Positions 10,301 to 19,321 are shown, numbered from the stretch's first letter. The stretch: 64,000 bases of DNA from Patescibacteria group bacterium (GCA_018970245.1 JAGWWT010000004.1:785-64784), one strand, 5' to 3'. Program-made: numbers and translations. The notes: generated by a model from the letters alone, not told the origin.

Positions 10301-10655
10301 GAGTGTGATAATATGCGATCTCATCCTGAAGGCTTGGATTCGATAAAAACTCCTGCCGGGATGGGATATGATTCAGGACGCCCGCCGCCACCATCTGCGA
10401 GGCGGTATCGGTAAGCGTTTGCGGCATGAATTGATACCGGCCCATTGCGCCAATACCATTGACCGTTCGATAACTCTGCTCCGGATTTATTCCTCGCGTT
10501 TCATACGAACCGATCGCCTGCGTAAGCGCGCGCGCTTTCGCGTCCAACGAATCGTCAGGCTGCGCCTGCACGGATGCCGGAACATTCGCCGGTGGATTGC
10601 GCAAAAGCGCGCCAACGGTATCGTTCAATAGGTCGGTATTTACCGGATTTGGCAT
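4395..10655 (-). CDS. Giant internal virion / DNA-ejection protein with N-terminal lytic transglycosylase domain (gp16-like); tape-measure alternative not excluded
   Basis: 2086-aa ORF. The N-terminus carries GAMGRYQFMPQT, typical of SLT-family transglycosylases in phage virion proteins. Long Ala/Gln/Pro-rich and coiled-coil-like regions follow. It sits downstream of capsid and large virion proteins, as in podovirus core-protein order. Confidence 0.6.
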   Translation of the reverse strand: MPNPVNTDLLNDTVGALLRNPPANVPASVQAQPDDSLDAKARALTQAIGSYETRGINPEQSYRTVNGIGAMGRYQFMPQTLTDTASQMVAAGVLNHIPSRQEFLSNPSLQDEIAYYHTRQNLERNIRRVGDNQQAVTLAAIDHYGNNGGRLTSPAMHNGRVVGESPMMYAMNVRRLMDSEQAGALAAVNDLSGNDNQIEPSDPPDVQRAKAMRAISQPQVVQVSQTESTPQPVRNTGSKTYQDMVAEAQQRQAVYQPQQRPDLGTSVPVPPLVDNAQGVPVPQSVWNNPIQPNQISSPSGDGVVGQPAVPRTPFRAPDEGGAIGAVMNDQNYTSPTVQPAKPVGLVDEAGRVVTQVLSGVPQAVGQMLGYEDNLAPETQARLKALGIASAPIPGRTDDQRLAASLDPANKDDARKLDFLRQSLNKDAANVNIAENIEGPAADQEMADNGMGPRTGVGRFVGSAGQGLANFATKLATAEAVGVPELTGLNAMGSAALVGEAAPVITGQETPLQGAINVGGGELMGNAMKLPTIGLRFAGGALVGGGQNVLQTVASGRRIQPLATSVDAVQSGLMTIGGHALAEGSDVETPVEIKSEATPDAGVVAQPDPAKPFQPQPFTPEPVPALEPHIEKPQVVKGTDVMSNPPGHPQTPEPAEGQGIIARRIPMDIGAKAGSELPPTKTGLKPSMPKDLDAGTVNTPDGPVLALNGDASAGNKAYIVDAYGEDNKFLGHAVVGKVASAEDAQDALARYSTIRSLYGDEPVTRTEAHQVTQLPLRLWLEHGDRDTPFAAQKDAVAMGAWRINGQQGPAPNEAPEIPVATGLPSEEIQAITGDQNANTQGVEPANNIDQHQGDNGLVSQNGEDRQNETPVESPRAANSESNSGVVGGQEQVAEPITEGQQPVVTGVPRGTSEPPTGGEDNMGKPNLYGINRASDEAQRAEAGLGPAPAHVTISDAETDAKVAEIEKNNPRRGSDIIREITNKPRALDPTEIGLVRNEMATRHMAVLSAIKDVDEAKTDADRLDAQAILKERQGQLEEAQNAVLHMPESARSTAGRTLREFSRKLDMDYFQEPEAQDRLRRVVREVTPEQREWIKNHYTKMPGIVGKLHDAQEESANAHANVALQSLIEDARADAKRAATGSKNYVEFAKQKADAARARMAKRMSQLHASVLPVNPADIADLAIIGQEYLAKGFSKFADWSRPMLKEFGDRIKDHLAEIFKGSQSLHDADAMRFAAQSNKDEGGPVTQSRVFNLVRGYVQNGETDLHPIMEKVTADLQKDSPGITEREVRDIFTQYGKQRKPSQAEDLKLTREIRSLALLTNKKEDLEKGILPPRTGLQRDNSTPRVRELRKTVDRLLTSARIDEQQSPEKLRTDYEKKVARLKNSIEDIDRQIKDGRDPATKRQLDTEEIADLKRVRMERSELLNRLQPKEETPMDLRVQQYNQTLDRQIVRIKDRLAQYHAASGADTPIIDKAKKTALALDRATDKKRADYEAWKREERMFIRKAELDARTPSQKIWDTFPRWRRAAVLSSPAILVKLVNAAATRAVTTPAEEAVGGVFSRMLPRIAEAAPREGYLNLKAEASAFQSLPQGIKDAAKKFGFKQTELEELWGKKEIEKPTPSDYPGYVHGGLKAPIKRMEWERSVVKRTAWAERQGMDVNDPATIDLIKKTAYRDAQRAIFMQDNRFTKWWNDYATQMSKSSSAYARGFSRLMHVLLPVVKIPTNMAVEGLAHTPLGLGEGARSLLSERRAMKAGGETYSVDPEVADHILRMFKKGSIGTTLLTLGYLYPQYSGGFYQGGEKRDPEDLGPGEFRIAGARIPNVLMHTPQALAWALGATIRRSLDREADEGNEFGIGPLMRSIGAGAIGISENVPMVELLDAIGRNMDTPGHAQSYVTNLISSSVPGLSRTAAMATDVDQNGQAPTPLESLGRVFWPSVKPIRRSPQGVLENIKMNIPSLRETVPEDPEFPIEQLKAHQHAELMQAYRNGGEKAAEQAAHRMGIPRREVQSIASKHLPPLQKAVASGKMGEIYQAWERATPAERSGVRAKVIEHISRSRMSDDEKRMWRSKFGITGAMRRPAPSSLF

Positions 10656-12196
10656 TAGATCAAATATGGGTCGTACTGGAGTGCCGTTACGTTAACGGGA
10701 TTTGAGCCGATAGAATTCGAAGTAATGAGTAGCCCGGTCCATGTCGATGCACCTGTTGAAGAATTTACGACATCGGCGCGGCCATTGCCGCCAATAACCG
10801 CCCACGGACTTCCGCCAGTAAGACGCACGTAATGAGCAGAATGAATATAAGCCACATAGCAGGTTCCCGGATACGTGGCTGGCGTCACTCCGGATGGGTA
10901 TGTACCATCGAATGCAACTGACGTTGCGATAGTCTCGGCATAGGTGTCGGTATGGCTGAAGCGTGCGATTGCGGGAGCGTCTCCGATATACCCATTGGTA
11001 TTGTTGAACAGTGGCGTTCCCATGAGGAACGCGTAAGCGGAGCCAGAGGATGCCGGCCCCAGCGCGACCGCTCCATGTTGCGAGCCATGCTTGTGCGATA
11101 CATCGCCACCGCCGCGCACCATAAGAGATCCGTAGATATTACAATCGTTCGCCACCACACGCGCGGAGACCTGTTCGAATGTTATGGATGGTGCGTTCGT
11201 ATCCAGGAAACCTCGCTGGCCAAAATTCGGACCGAGTACTCGCCACGCATAGCCGCCGGGAATGTAGTCCGTTGGGCCAGCCGCATCGCTGCTCGGATTT
11301 TGCAGCCACGATCGTATCGTGCATCGCTCCAGGATCGTCGCTCCCGCTTCAAGGCCCAATATCTGTATCTGAAGAGGAGCGCGGTTTTCGTCAGCAAGTG
11401 GTGTTGTATCGGTTGAGAACCATTTACATCCTTCCGCATAAAACCGCTGCTGGGCGAACATCGCAACAGCATCGGAATAAAACTCGCAATCCTTGAGCCG
11501 AATAAGCGGCCACGCCGGAGTCGCGTCGGGCGTGCCGGGCATGAGCCACAAACCGCCTTGTAAATTCGGCCCTGATTTCTCATCGCTGGCATAAGAGCGA
11601 AATGCGATTCCCTCGAACCGCGTATCGAGGTTCGCGTAAGGCATCGTGGGTTTCGGTGCCGCACTCTGAACTGCGATACATCCACCGATCATCGGAAGGC
11701 CAATGCCGATAAAATCAATGCCCTGCGTATCGACTGTAAAATGTTCGATCCATGAACCACCCACTATAATAACGGCCACACGTGCGTTTGGAAAACCCTT
11801 AATAAGCTTCGACATCACGACCGCCTTTGCATACGCATCGGCAACGGAAGATGCCTTGGACTGGTAAAGATAGCCCGGATTGAGTGGCGGTATCTGGTCG
11901 GTCTCCGATGAATCATGATCGCGAGCGACCATAACGTAGCCACCATAAAGGGAACCGGACTCTTTGTGCCATCGGTCGATGACGGCTGGCGGTACGAATT
12001 GCTTTGGCGGCGCGGAGATCGGAACTGAGGCTGGAGCAGCCGCCTGCTGCACTGTAGTCGCGGTGGCTGGCGATTCCTCCAGTAAGCGGCGCTTGAACTC
12101 TTTATCGAGAGAACTCGGAGATTGCGGATCGGTTCCATAGTCCAGCTTACGGCGAACCTTATAGTCGAATGTTACATTCCGCTGGCGTGGATCCAT
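10655..12196 (-). CDS. Virion structural protein (513 aa), possible tail-spike or core protein
   Basis: Long ORF translationally coupled (1-nt overlap) to the giant gene. No recognisable catalytic motif. Confidence 0.5.
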   Translation of the reverse strand: MDPRQRNVTFDYKVRRKLDYGTDPQSPSSLDKEFKRRLLEESPATATTVQQAAAPASVPISAPPKQFVPPAVIDRWHKESGSLYGGYVMVARDHDSSETDQIPPLNPGYLYQSKASSVADAYAKAVVMSKLIKGFPNARVAVIIVGGSWIEHFTVDTQGIDFIGIGLPMIGGCIAVQSAAPKPTMPYANLDTRFEGIAFRSYASDEKSGPNLQGGLWLMPGTPDATPAWPLIRLKDCEFYSDAVAMFAQQRFYAEGCKWFSTDTTPLADENRAPLQIQILGLEAGATILERCTIRSWLQNPSSDAAGPTDYIPGGYAWRVLGPNFGQRGFLDTNAPSITFEQVSARVVANDCNIYGSLMVRGGGDVSHKHGSQHGAVALGPASSGSAYAFLMGTPLFNNTNGYIGDAPAIARFSHTDTYAETIATSVAFDGTYPSGVTPATYPGTCYVAYIHSAHYVRLTGGSPWAVIGGNGRADVVNSSTGASTWTGLLITSNSIGSNPVNVTALQYDPYLI

Positions 12197-12198
12197 CG

Positions 12199-15100
12199 CT
12201 ACCTCGGATGATGATGTTTAAGTGCTACATCAAAATTAAGCGATTGGAACTCGCCGTGATGGTCGCCATTGGTGTCCGGCTGCGTAAGCACGCGAACGAT
12301 CGGTGCGACCGCCTTCGATTCGATCGCCACGTTCGTCCCACGCGAAGCAAGCACCACCGGTCGATCAGGAAATCCGTTTGTCACCGGCCATACCCTGCAC
12401 CGGGTATTGATGTGTCCCCATTGCGGGTCATAGCTGAAGTCGGGTTTCGCCGCACCATGCACGAGCTTAATGTCAGCAGAAATTTTCATCTTGAGGTATA
12501 TCTGCCGCAGTTGCTTCGGCGATGACGTCATACCAAGAGAGAATGGCTTCTCGGCGCAAGTCGTGCCCTGCCAGTCAACATACGAATAATCGCAGTTCAC
12601 CAGCGATAGCTTTCCCTGGTCGGTACTCTTCAGGCTGTGAAATGCAGCCCATAATGTGCCGTCCCCGTGCGAATAAAGTAACACTCGCTCAGAGCGATAC
12701 GCTTCATAGGCAACCCTGGCAACCGAGATAACGCCAGGGGCAGATTCGCCATATACCCCAACCAATGCAAAATCTGGCGTCAAATCGAACTGGTAATTCT
12801 CGAGACCAAGTAGCGCACCCGTTAGGTACTGCCTGCGTATCTCTCCGGTGGTAAATTTGTAAATAAATGTCGCCTGTGGCAGCGCGTTCTCCGGATGTCC
12901 TGCCGCCGTCCAGAGATCGAGCGAGCTTGGGAAGTGTATCCATATCTCATAACGATGGGCGAGCGCGCCCATCGATGCGCGCATAGCATTCGCAAGCCTT
13001 GGCTGGCCCGGTATCTGCTCGTCAAGGTATTTCCTGATGGCTGTAGCAATCTGGCCGGCTGCCGGCGAGATACCATCGCCCTCGGCAATATAAACACCAT
13101 CGGGAGACAAGAAGAACACTCCTTTGTTCCATTTGCAAATACCGAATCTCGATACGCACCCCACCTGCCTCGTATTCTCCTCGATACGCACCGTGCCGCC
13201 GTTAAGCGTCGTCCACGTCGATCCCGATGTCATAAACACGAGAAGATCGCCATAAACCGTCTCCGCGCCCACTACCGCGCCGTATGGCCCATAATCTTCG
13301 ACCTGTTGGGCTGGGAAGTTGTACGGCTGGTCGCCCACGGAATAAATTCCCTGCGTTGGCTCGTAGGACTGCTTTACGTCTTTCGATGGGCGTGTCGTCT
13401 GATGCGCGTATTTATTCGTTCCACCTATAATGTTGGTGTAAATATCCTGAGCGTCGATCGAGAACATGGGCTGCGTAACGGGAATCGTGCCCAGGTCATA
13501 GTACGTGCGAGTTCCAGTATTCGAATAACTTGCCCAAATATGGATTCCGGTTATAAACGGATCTGCGCCGCGCGGTGGGACGATAAAAATACCGCTCGCC
13601 GCATCCCCCCAGTTCTGATCGTAATTCAGCACCACGTCACGCAGATCCGAATTATTGCCAAGTTGATCCACGTAAGCAAAATGAAATGCGAGTAAATTAA
13701 GCCTATCTGGGGCGCTCGCAGGATTCATTTTATTAAGCGCCAGCCCACCCTCGTCGATCACGCCGTTATACTGACCCGCACAGTAATTCGCCGATACCTC
13801 CGGACCCGGAGTGTCAATCCAGTACGTCGTTCGAATATTGCCAAGCCATAACTTGGTCATGAAATCGCGAGCAACCTGACCGGAGTATTGTCCCACTTCG
13901 AAGCCATCATAGTCGAATGGATTATCACCGGTATCGAGCGCGTTGTCGGCTACATTGTCCGTGAATGGGCTACCGGGTTTTACCGAGCCAGCGTAGCCAT
14001 AGATATGCGGTTCACTTAACGAATCAACGTTGGAATTCGCCTTGTCGTCCTTACCGAAATGGCCCGTGCGATAAATGCGAATCTCGGTCACGGAACCGGC
14101 GGGAAATGCTGTAAGATCGAAGTCGTCGAAATTAAAAACTGTTTGCGGCGCATTCCATAGTTCGCTCGCGGGGCAAGCGACCTTATAGGGCGGTGCGCCA
14201 CCAAGATTTGCACCCGTGGCCGTCCACCACCCGAGCCACGTCGCGGCAAAATAATAGGGATCGGTCGTTACATCCGTCGCATAGCCGCGAAACTTATTGC
14301 GCAGATTAAAATAATCCGGATTGGTGGGCCAGCCATACGTATAGTGATCTTTTTGGTCGAATGGATAATTAGCCCAAAAGCCGTAGGCATTACTGCCTTG
14401 TTCGTGACCATCATTATTATCGACGTCGAAAAAATGATAGCCTATTCCGCCATTCTGGTCGCGCCAGCTATTACCATGCCCACCAACTTTATTTTTGATA
14501 CCGTAGCCACTGAAATCAGTGCCATAAATAAGCCCTGGAAACTGTACGTGTCCGTTGCCATCTTCCGCCCCCAATGTCGCTGGTTTGTAAATTCGATCCT
14601 CGATCCACAAATCCTGCGAAGGCTTGCCGTATCGCTGAATCTTGTTGCCACGCGAGTCCGTCACCGTGTAAACCGGAACGAAAACATAACCCCACGCTCG
14701 ACTTTTCGAATGATTGGCAGAACCTAAAAGAGGATTCGTCTGATTGGCTTCGCCTGACGTTGCGCCTGTCCCGGTATTAACTCTTCTATCGGAATCATCG
14801 GCTGCGAGCGTTGCATCGCCCGATGGATACACCCACTCCGGCTCAACCAACATCGCATAAACCGAACTGGGTACGGACTTGACGGGATCGTTGTCCGACA
14901 GCCAATAATCCGCGTTAATATCCATCCGGGTAATCTGATGATCGCCGGTGTTCGGGTCAGTCACATAGATCGGATTACCATTGCCGTCATTTGTGGCGGC
15001 ATAGAGCAAAAGATCGCCTTGGGCTTTGGTAGCGAATGTCCATTTCTTCGGTATGGTGCCGGGAATTTTACCGAGTTCCGTGACCACCCATGTGCCATTG

Positions 15101-15504
15101 CCGCCATCGGGAAGCGGCTGACCGGAGACCATCGCCAAGGTCACCGTATTCGATGGATAACATTCGAACGTACCATACTCGAATATCGTGATGATAAGCG
15201 AGTTCCCGACCTGACACATAGATACTGGCGGCTCCGCTGCAACACCTGTACACACGGTTACCGGATTAGCATAAAGCACCTCATCCGCACCGGCCGTAAT
15301 CGGCGTCTTGGGCCACGATCCGGGCGTAAACTGCGATCCTGGCGGACCCTCATTTGTTTTATCGCCAACCAGAAAGCATATTTCCTGCGCGTCACCATTC
15401 CAATATACCACGATCGCGTATCGGCGCGCATCCTCGATCTTGGACGTTACGCCTTCCAAGAGATACTCACCATTGGCTACGATCGCAAGATTGGTAACTG
15501 CCAT
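12199..15504 (-). CDS. Large virion structural protein (1101 aa), tail tubular B / nozzle-like candidate
   Basis: Long ORF in the structural operon, Gly/Asn/Asp/Tyr-rich. Its position after the small tail and adaptor genes mirrors the T7 gp12 position. Confidence 0.5.
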   Translation of the reverse strand: MAVTNLAIVANGEYLLEGVTSKIEDARRYAIVVYWNGDAQEICFLVGDKTNEGPPGSQFTPGSWPKTPITAGADEVLYANPVTVCTGVAAEPPVSMCQVGNSLIITIFEYGTFECYPSNTVTLAMVSGQPLPDGGNGTWVVTELGKIPGTIPKKWTFATKAQGDLLLYAATNDGNGNPIYVTDPNTGDHQITRMDINADYWLSDNDPVKSVPSSVYAMLVEPEWVYPSGDATLAADDSDRRVNTGTGATSGEANQTNPLLGSANHSKSRAWGYVFVPVYTVTDSRGNKIQRYGKPSQDLWIEDRIYKPATLGAEDGNGHVQFPGLIYGTDFSGYGIKNKVGGHGNSWRDQNGGIGYHFFDVDNNDGHEQGSNAYGFWANYPFDQKDHYTYGWPTNPDYFNLRNKFRGYATDVTTDPYYFAATWLGWWTATGANLGGAPPYKVACPASELWNAPQTVFNFDDFDLTAFPAGSVTEIRIYRTGHFGKDDKANSNVDSLSEPHIYGYAGSVKPGSPFTDNVADNALDTGDNPFDYDGFEVGQYSGQVARDFMTKLWLGNIRTTYWIDTPGPEVSANYCAGQYNGVIDEGGLALNKMNPASAPDRLNLLAFHFAYVDQLGNNSDLRDVVLNYDQNWGDAASGIFIVPPRGADPFITGIHIWASYSNTGTRTYYDLGTIPVTQPMFSIDAQDIYTNIIGGTNKYAHQTTRPSKDVKQSYEPTQGIYSVGDQPYNFPAQQVEDYGPYGAVVGAETVYGDLLVFMTSGSTWTTLNGGTVRIEENTRQVGCVSRFGICKWNKGVFFLSPDGVYIAEGDGISPAAGQIATAIRKYLDEQIPGQPRLANAMRASMGALAHRYEIWIHFPSSLDLWTAAGHPENALPQATFIYKFTTGEIRRQYLTGALLGLENYQFDLTPDFALVGVYGESAPGVISVARVAYEAYRSERVLLYSHGDGTLWAAFHSLKSTDQGKLSLVNCDYSYVDWQGTTCAEKPFSLGMTSSPKQLRQIYLKMKISADIKLVHGAAKPDFSYDPQWGHINTRCRVWPVTNGFPDRPVVLASRGTNVAIESKAVAPIVRVLTQPDTNGDHHGEFQSLNFDVALKHHHPR

Positions 15505-15785
15505 TAGAACTTCAAATTCCTGGAAGAAATAATTATTGAATGCTCCCGATGCCCCGTGCGAATCACGATACTACCAGGGGAATCGATGCGCCAATTCCGC
15601 AAATCCCAAAATCGCGATGGATCGATTACGCCTTCGTTGGCATCCAGGTCGAGACCCTGAAGCGGACTCGTCACCTGATGGTGATACTCGATGCCGGCTT
15701 TACGCTGCGCGACATTTAGCGCAACTCCCGTCGATTTAAGATCGGGAACGCGCTCACCGGATTCTCTGACGGTTCCTATTGTCAT
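15504..15785 (-). CDS. Small virion-associated hypothetical protein
   Basis: 93-aa ORF, TGATG overlap with downstream gene. Confidence 0.4.
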   Translation of the reverse strand: MTIGTVRESGERVPDLKSTGVALNVAQRKAGIEYHHQVTSPLQGLDLDANEGVIDPSRFWDLRNWRIDSPGSIVIRTGHREHSIIISSRNLKF

Positions 15786-16525
15786 CGAACGGCCCCCATC
15801 AGAATAGGCGGCGGTGTCAAATTCGAATAATCGACATTGGTACGCCGAACGTCATTCTTCGATCGCTCGAACCGCATGAGCGCATCCGCCGCAAGTTGCG
15901 CGTCCGACGCCGTCCGGAATGGCTTTTTAAGCAAAATCTGGGCATAGCAATAATCCACCATCCCCATGATCGCATCCGTGAACTCGCGTTCCGGACCATT
16001 GGCTTTCATCGCAGTCGTGGGGTCGGCACCGTACCCACTCCAATTCGTCGAATCGCCGATCGAGTACGGCACGCAAAACGGCATGTACCGAACTGTCAGG
16101 GTTCCCGTCGCTCCGGCGTATGGATACAGCCAGAACTTTCCGTAAGCTTCCGCCAGGTAAAGCCTGGCTCCGTTTTGCGGATAGGTTTCGAGACCGAGTA
16201 CGAGAACATTATTATTGGCCTGGTGAATATAGTTCTCGTACCAGTCATAACTGCATCGAACGACCGGAGTGAAATCCAAATTGGTGTCGGCCTGATACCG
16301 AGCATCCATCGACTCTTTATAGTCATTCGGATAGGCGTAAGAACCATCCGTGGAATTCGGGTCGAGGGTGATCGCATACGACTTGCGTAGCGCATTCGTA
16401 GCCTTCTGAAGCTCATGCCGAGCCTCGGATAGCCACGTCATGCCCTCCGTCACATCCAGCCAGTGAACCGGATCGACGATACGCGCCCGCGTGAGCGCCA
16501 GTGACCACATATCCCAGTACGTCAT
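15782..16525 (-). CDS. Hypothetical structural protein (247 aa)
   Basis: ORF in structural operon with overlapping stop and start on both sides. Confidence 0.5.
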   Translation of the reverse strand: MTYWDMWSLALTRARIVDPVHWLDVTEGMTWLSEARHELQKATNALRKSYAITLDPNSTDGSYAYPNDYKESMDARYQADTNLDFTPVVRCSYDWYENYIHQANNNVLVLGLETYPQNGARLYLAEAYGKFWLYPYAGATGTLTVRYMPFCVPYSIGDSTNWSGYGADPTTAMKANGPEREFTDAIMGMVDYCYAQILLKKPFRTASDAQLAADALMRFERSKNDVRRTNVDYSNLTPPPILMGAVR

Positions 16526-16965
16526 GTCTTGTCACTGCCTCCGGTTTCCGCAAATTCACGGAGCAATTCTCGGTCCGTCAAATAGATGCCGCCAAATTCA
16601 CGCCGGTCGCCAATCGCATCAATAATTGATTGCAACTGGCGCTTCACGTCGGATATAAACGCTGGCGACCAATCCCTTGGGTCGCCCTTTTCTAAGAAGC
16701 CTTTAACCGCGTCATATAGTCTTGGTGCATGTTCAAAAAGCCTCTCTCGATTTATTGGACGATTTCGTAATTCGAGGCACGCGTAATGACGCTCATATAG
16801 ATGCGGTCCGCGTCCAGCAAACGTATCGGGTTCAACAGCACGAACGGCGATACCAGACAGTAGGTCGATGTCGCCCTGCTTTGGCAAAACGATACGTCCA
16901 TGAAAATCATTACGTCGATAATCTTCAGCGATCTCCCGCTCGTCTATTGTCGTATCTATCTTCAT
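16522..16965 (-). CDS. Hypothetical structural protein (147 aa)
   Basis: ORF in structural operon, ATGA coupling. Confidence 0.5.
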   Translation of the reverse strand: MKIDTTIDEREIAEDYRRNDFHGRIVLPKQGDIDLLSGIAVRAVEPDTFAGRGPHLYERHYACLELRNRPINRERLFEHAPRLYDAVKGFLEKGDPRDWSPAFISDVKRQLQSIIDAIGDRREFGGIYLTDRELLREFAETGGSDKT

Positions 16966-16969
16966 TTTC

Positions 16970-17623
16970 CTACCCTCCGAACGTTACATCTTTTTCGTAC
17001 ACATTCTTCGGTTCGCGCTCCGCTTCGAAATTATCCATCATCTTGCCAAGCGCGTCCAATGCCTCTTCGGATACCGAAGGCGTCTCGTCCTGAATCTGGT
17101 ATCGCTCGCGAATGAGATCGACGCACAGCATGACAAGCTCCTCTTCGAAGATTGATGGCAGGAGCGCATAATATCCATTGCCCGGATCGGTGATCTCCAC
17201 GGTATCGTCCGTAGATGGCCCGAATGTCCAGAGGTAATAAAGCGTACCGGTTACCGCCGGCTGGAACTCCAGCGTTGCGTGCTCCAGCGTGGCAATCGGC
17301 TTACCGGATGTCGGCGCGATATACTGATTGAGTACGGTGGTTTCTGTATCGCGATGATTAAGTAGTCGCGCCGCGCCACGATTGGCGGTCGGCACCTCGA
17401 TTGCTACGACATCGAAGAAATCCGATGGCAGTGAAAACGAGCTTACGTTATTCAGTGCAACGGATTTTGTGTAGAACCCAGGATACATCGTAACCGCATA
17501 CGAGTACATGCGCTGAAGCGCCTGATCGACGATAAGCTCGATCGTGCCCCAGTCCTGAAGCTCGTTCTCGATCACGTCGGGAACTCGCTCGAATATCTGC
17601 TCGATAAGTGTTTTTCTCGTCAT
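16970..17623 (-). CDS. Hypothetical structural protein (217 aa)
   Basis: C-terminal part of track ORF 16970..18184, starting at Met MTRKTLIEQ... with ATGA overlap on the stop of 17620..18300. The upstream 187 aa of the track ORF overlap the neighbouring gene out of frame and look like R/S/G junk. Confidence 0.5.
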   Translation of the reverse strand: MTRKTLIEQIFERVPDVIENELQDWGTIELIVDQALQRMYSYAVTMYPGFYTKSVALNNVSSFSLPSDFFDVVAIEVPTANRGAARLLNHRDTETTVLNQYIAPTSGKPIATLEHATLEFQPAVTGTLYYLWTFGPSTDDTVEITDPGNGYYALLPSIFEEELVMLCVDLIRERYQIQDETPSVSEEALDALGKMMDNFEAEREPKNVYEKDVTFGG

Positions 17624-18300
17624 ACGACCTCCCGCACCTCTTTCTTCTGAATCTTTTGCAGATCGGTAAACAGCCTGCCAATAGACTGAATACTTTCCTG
17701 CCGCGCTTTTTCCATAAGCTGCTGACGCTTCGGCCCTGTCACCAGATACTCGATGATACGCTTGAGCGATGCCGCATGAACATAGGGCGCACTGAACGCC
17801 GGAAGCCCATCGTCGGTCGAGTCCGCTATCGTCGCCCCGAATAATTTCGGAGGGCGTGGATAGTAGTGAAGCGTAACCGATTGCAGGTTTGCGGCATAAG
17901 GCAAGCCCGTTGTCGGATCGGTCATCGTGGTGTCCGGCAGGAACATGCACTTTTGATTCACCGTATAAAAATCCGGGTAATTCGGTGTCGCCGTGTTGTA
18001 CTCGGTGAATTTCCGCGTCGGAACCAAGTCCGGTGGAATATACCGCACTGGCACTTTTTGTGCATTCAGGGTATAATATGCCCGGTTGCCGTAGGCCACC
18101 CAATCGGCGGGCAGCGGATCGCCGTGATTTACAGTAACCGTCTTGCGCTCGAAGGCTTCCTGAGCGGTAAGTAGCGTTCGCCATACACGGCGAACGGCAT
18201 ACTCATTGAATTGGTCAATAATTTGGCTGGGTATCTTGAGTAACGGAGCATACTGCGCCGCCAAGACCACCACAGCATCGCGATGTTCACCTTTTGTCAT
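17620..18300 (-). CDS. Hypothetical structural protein (226 aa)
   Basis: ORF in operon. Natural composition. Confidence 0.5.
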   Translation of the reverse strand: MTKGEHRDAVVVLAAQYAPLLKIPSQIIDQFNEYAVRRVWRTLLTAQEAFERKTVTVNHGDPLPADWVAYGNRAYYTLNAQKVPVRYIPPDLVPTRKFTEYNTATPNYPDFYTVNQKCMFLPDTTMTDPTTGLPYAANLQSVTLHYYPRPPKLFGATIADSTDDGLPAFSAPYVHAASLKRIIEYLVTGPKRQQLMEKARQESIQSIGRLFTDLQKIQKKEVREVV

Positions 18301-18872
18301 AATGCGCCCTCCGGCTCAAAATCTTGTACTGCTAATCTGCCATGCACCCACTCCTTACGCTCTTCGTCAAATCCCGCTGGCGGCAGGATAAGATCGTCGT
18401 TTTGCCAGGAGCCGAGTGCGGGTTCGACCAAAACCGTAAGCTGTATCTGATAACCCTTGAATGCTATCTGGCCGTTGGCTAAAATAGCATAAACTGTAAA
18501 ATTCGATGCGCTGGCGTTATACGCCTGATACCATTGCGATATACTTACCCGCTGCGCCGGCTTCCATGTGGTGTCGCCATTGTTAAGCTGGATGAGCGCG
18601 CCTGATACACCGATTGCATTCTGCGGCAGCGTCACCGAGGTTCCGGTTATTATCGTTACCGCATCCGACCCCGCCGCCTGCAGCGCGTCGGGATTTAAGT
18701 CCCGTAATTTCCGCTGGCTGATCTCCAGCAGGAAATTCTCGATGTCCGTTTGATCCCAGTACGGCAGCATGGGTTCGTAGTCGGAAAAATCCGCCTGCGT
18801 GTCTTCGATCTCGCGCTGCTCGCTTGCGATTTGAGCGATAAGATCGGCCCATGCTGTCTGTGGTACTGGCAT
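18297..18872 (-). CDS. Hypothetical structural protein (191 aa)
   Basis: ORF in operon. Confidence 0.5.
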   Translation of the reverse strand: MPVPQTAWADLIAQIASEQREIEDTQADFSDYEPMLPYWDQTDIENFLLEISQRKLRDLNPDALQAAGSDAVTIITGTSVTLPQNAIGVSGALIQLNNGDTTWKPAQRVSISQWYQAYNASASNFTVYAILANGQIAFKGYQIQLTVLVEPALGSWQNDDLILPPAGFDEERKEWVHGRLAVQDFEPEGAL

Positions 18873-19321
18873 TATTTATTCGCGGTCATCCGTGCGTGCG
18901 TTTCCAGCGAGAACCCGATGTCACGAGCCTGCTGAAGCGCCTGCTGAAGCCATGGCGATGGGTGTGTGGCGCACGCCCACTGAAGCTCTTCCGCGAGCTT
19001 TTTGCACCAAATCGGAAGATGCGCCATGCGCTCTTCGTCCGATAACGGCGCAATGTTTGCGGGTGCAAGCTGCGGCGTAATCACATAGGTATTGCGGTAC
19101 ATGGCGGACTTCACTCTATCCAGCGTAGTAAGCGCACCCCCCTGTTCGTCCAGAACATCTTCACCTTTTGCGTTAAGCAAAAGGTCGATAGCATTTAACA
19201 TAACCTGCGCCGAGTTTGGATTCGGCTGCTCGTCACCCGGATCGGCATTTGTCAAAGTTTCCTGGTCTGTCATTTTAATGTTGCTATTGCTTTTTCGAAA
19301 TCTGAGTTTAACGCATTCCAC
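18872..19321 (-). CDS. Hypothetical structural protein (149 aa)
   Basis: ORF in operon. Confidence 0.45.
   Translation of the reverse strand: MECVKLRFRKSNSNIKMTDQETLTNADPGDEQPNPNSAQVMLNAIDLLLNAKGEDVLDEQGGALTTLDRVKSAMYRNTYVITPQLAPANIAPLSDEERMAHLPIWCKKLAEELQWACATHPSPWLQQALQQARDIGFSLETHARMTANK

Noticed and set aside
4497-10631. Numerous plus-strand ORFs (e.g. 6111..6545, 7554..8084, 8685..9194, 9653..10015) antisense to the 2086-aa gene
   Set aside because: All are embedded antisense in a long, well-supported coding region, and are Arg/Ser/Cys-rich with no features. Typical spurious antisense frames in GC-rich DNA.
12895-13695. Plus-strand 266-aa ORF inside the 1101-aa gene
   Set aside because: Antisense to a long operon gene. 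Arg-rich junk composition.
17624-18184. N-terminal 187 aa of track ORF 16970..18184
   Set aside because: It overlaps gene 17620..18300 out of frame and is R/S/G-rich. The real gene most likely starts at the Met at 17623 with an ATGA overlap.
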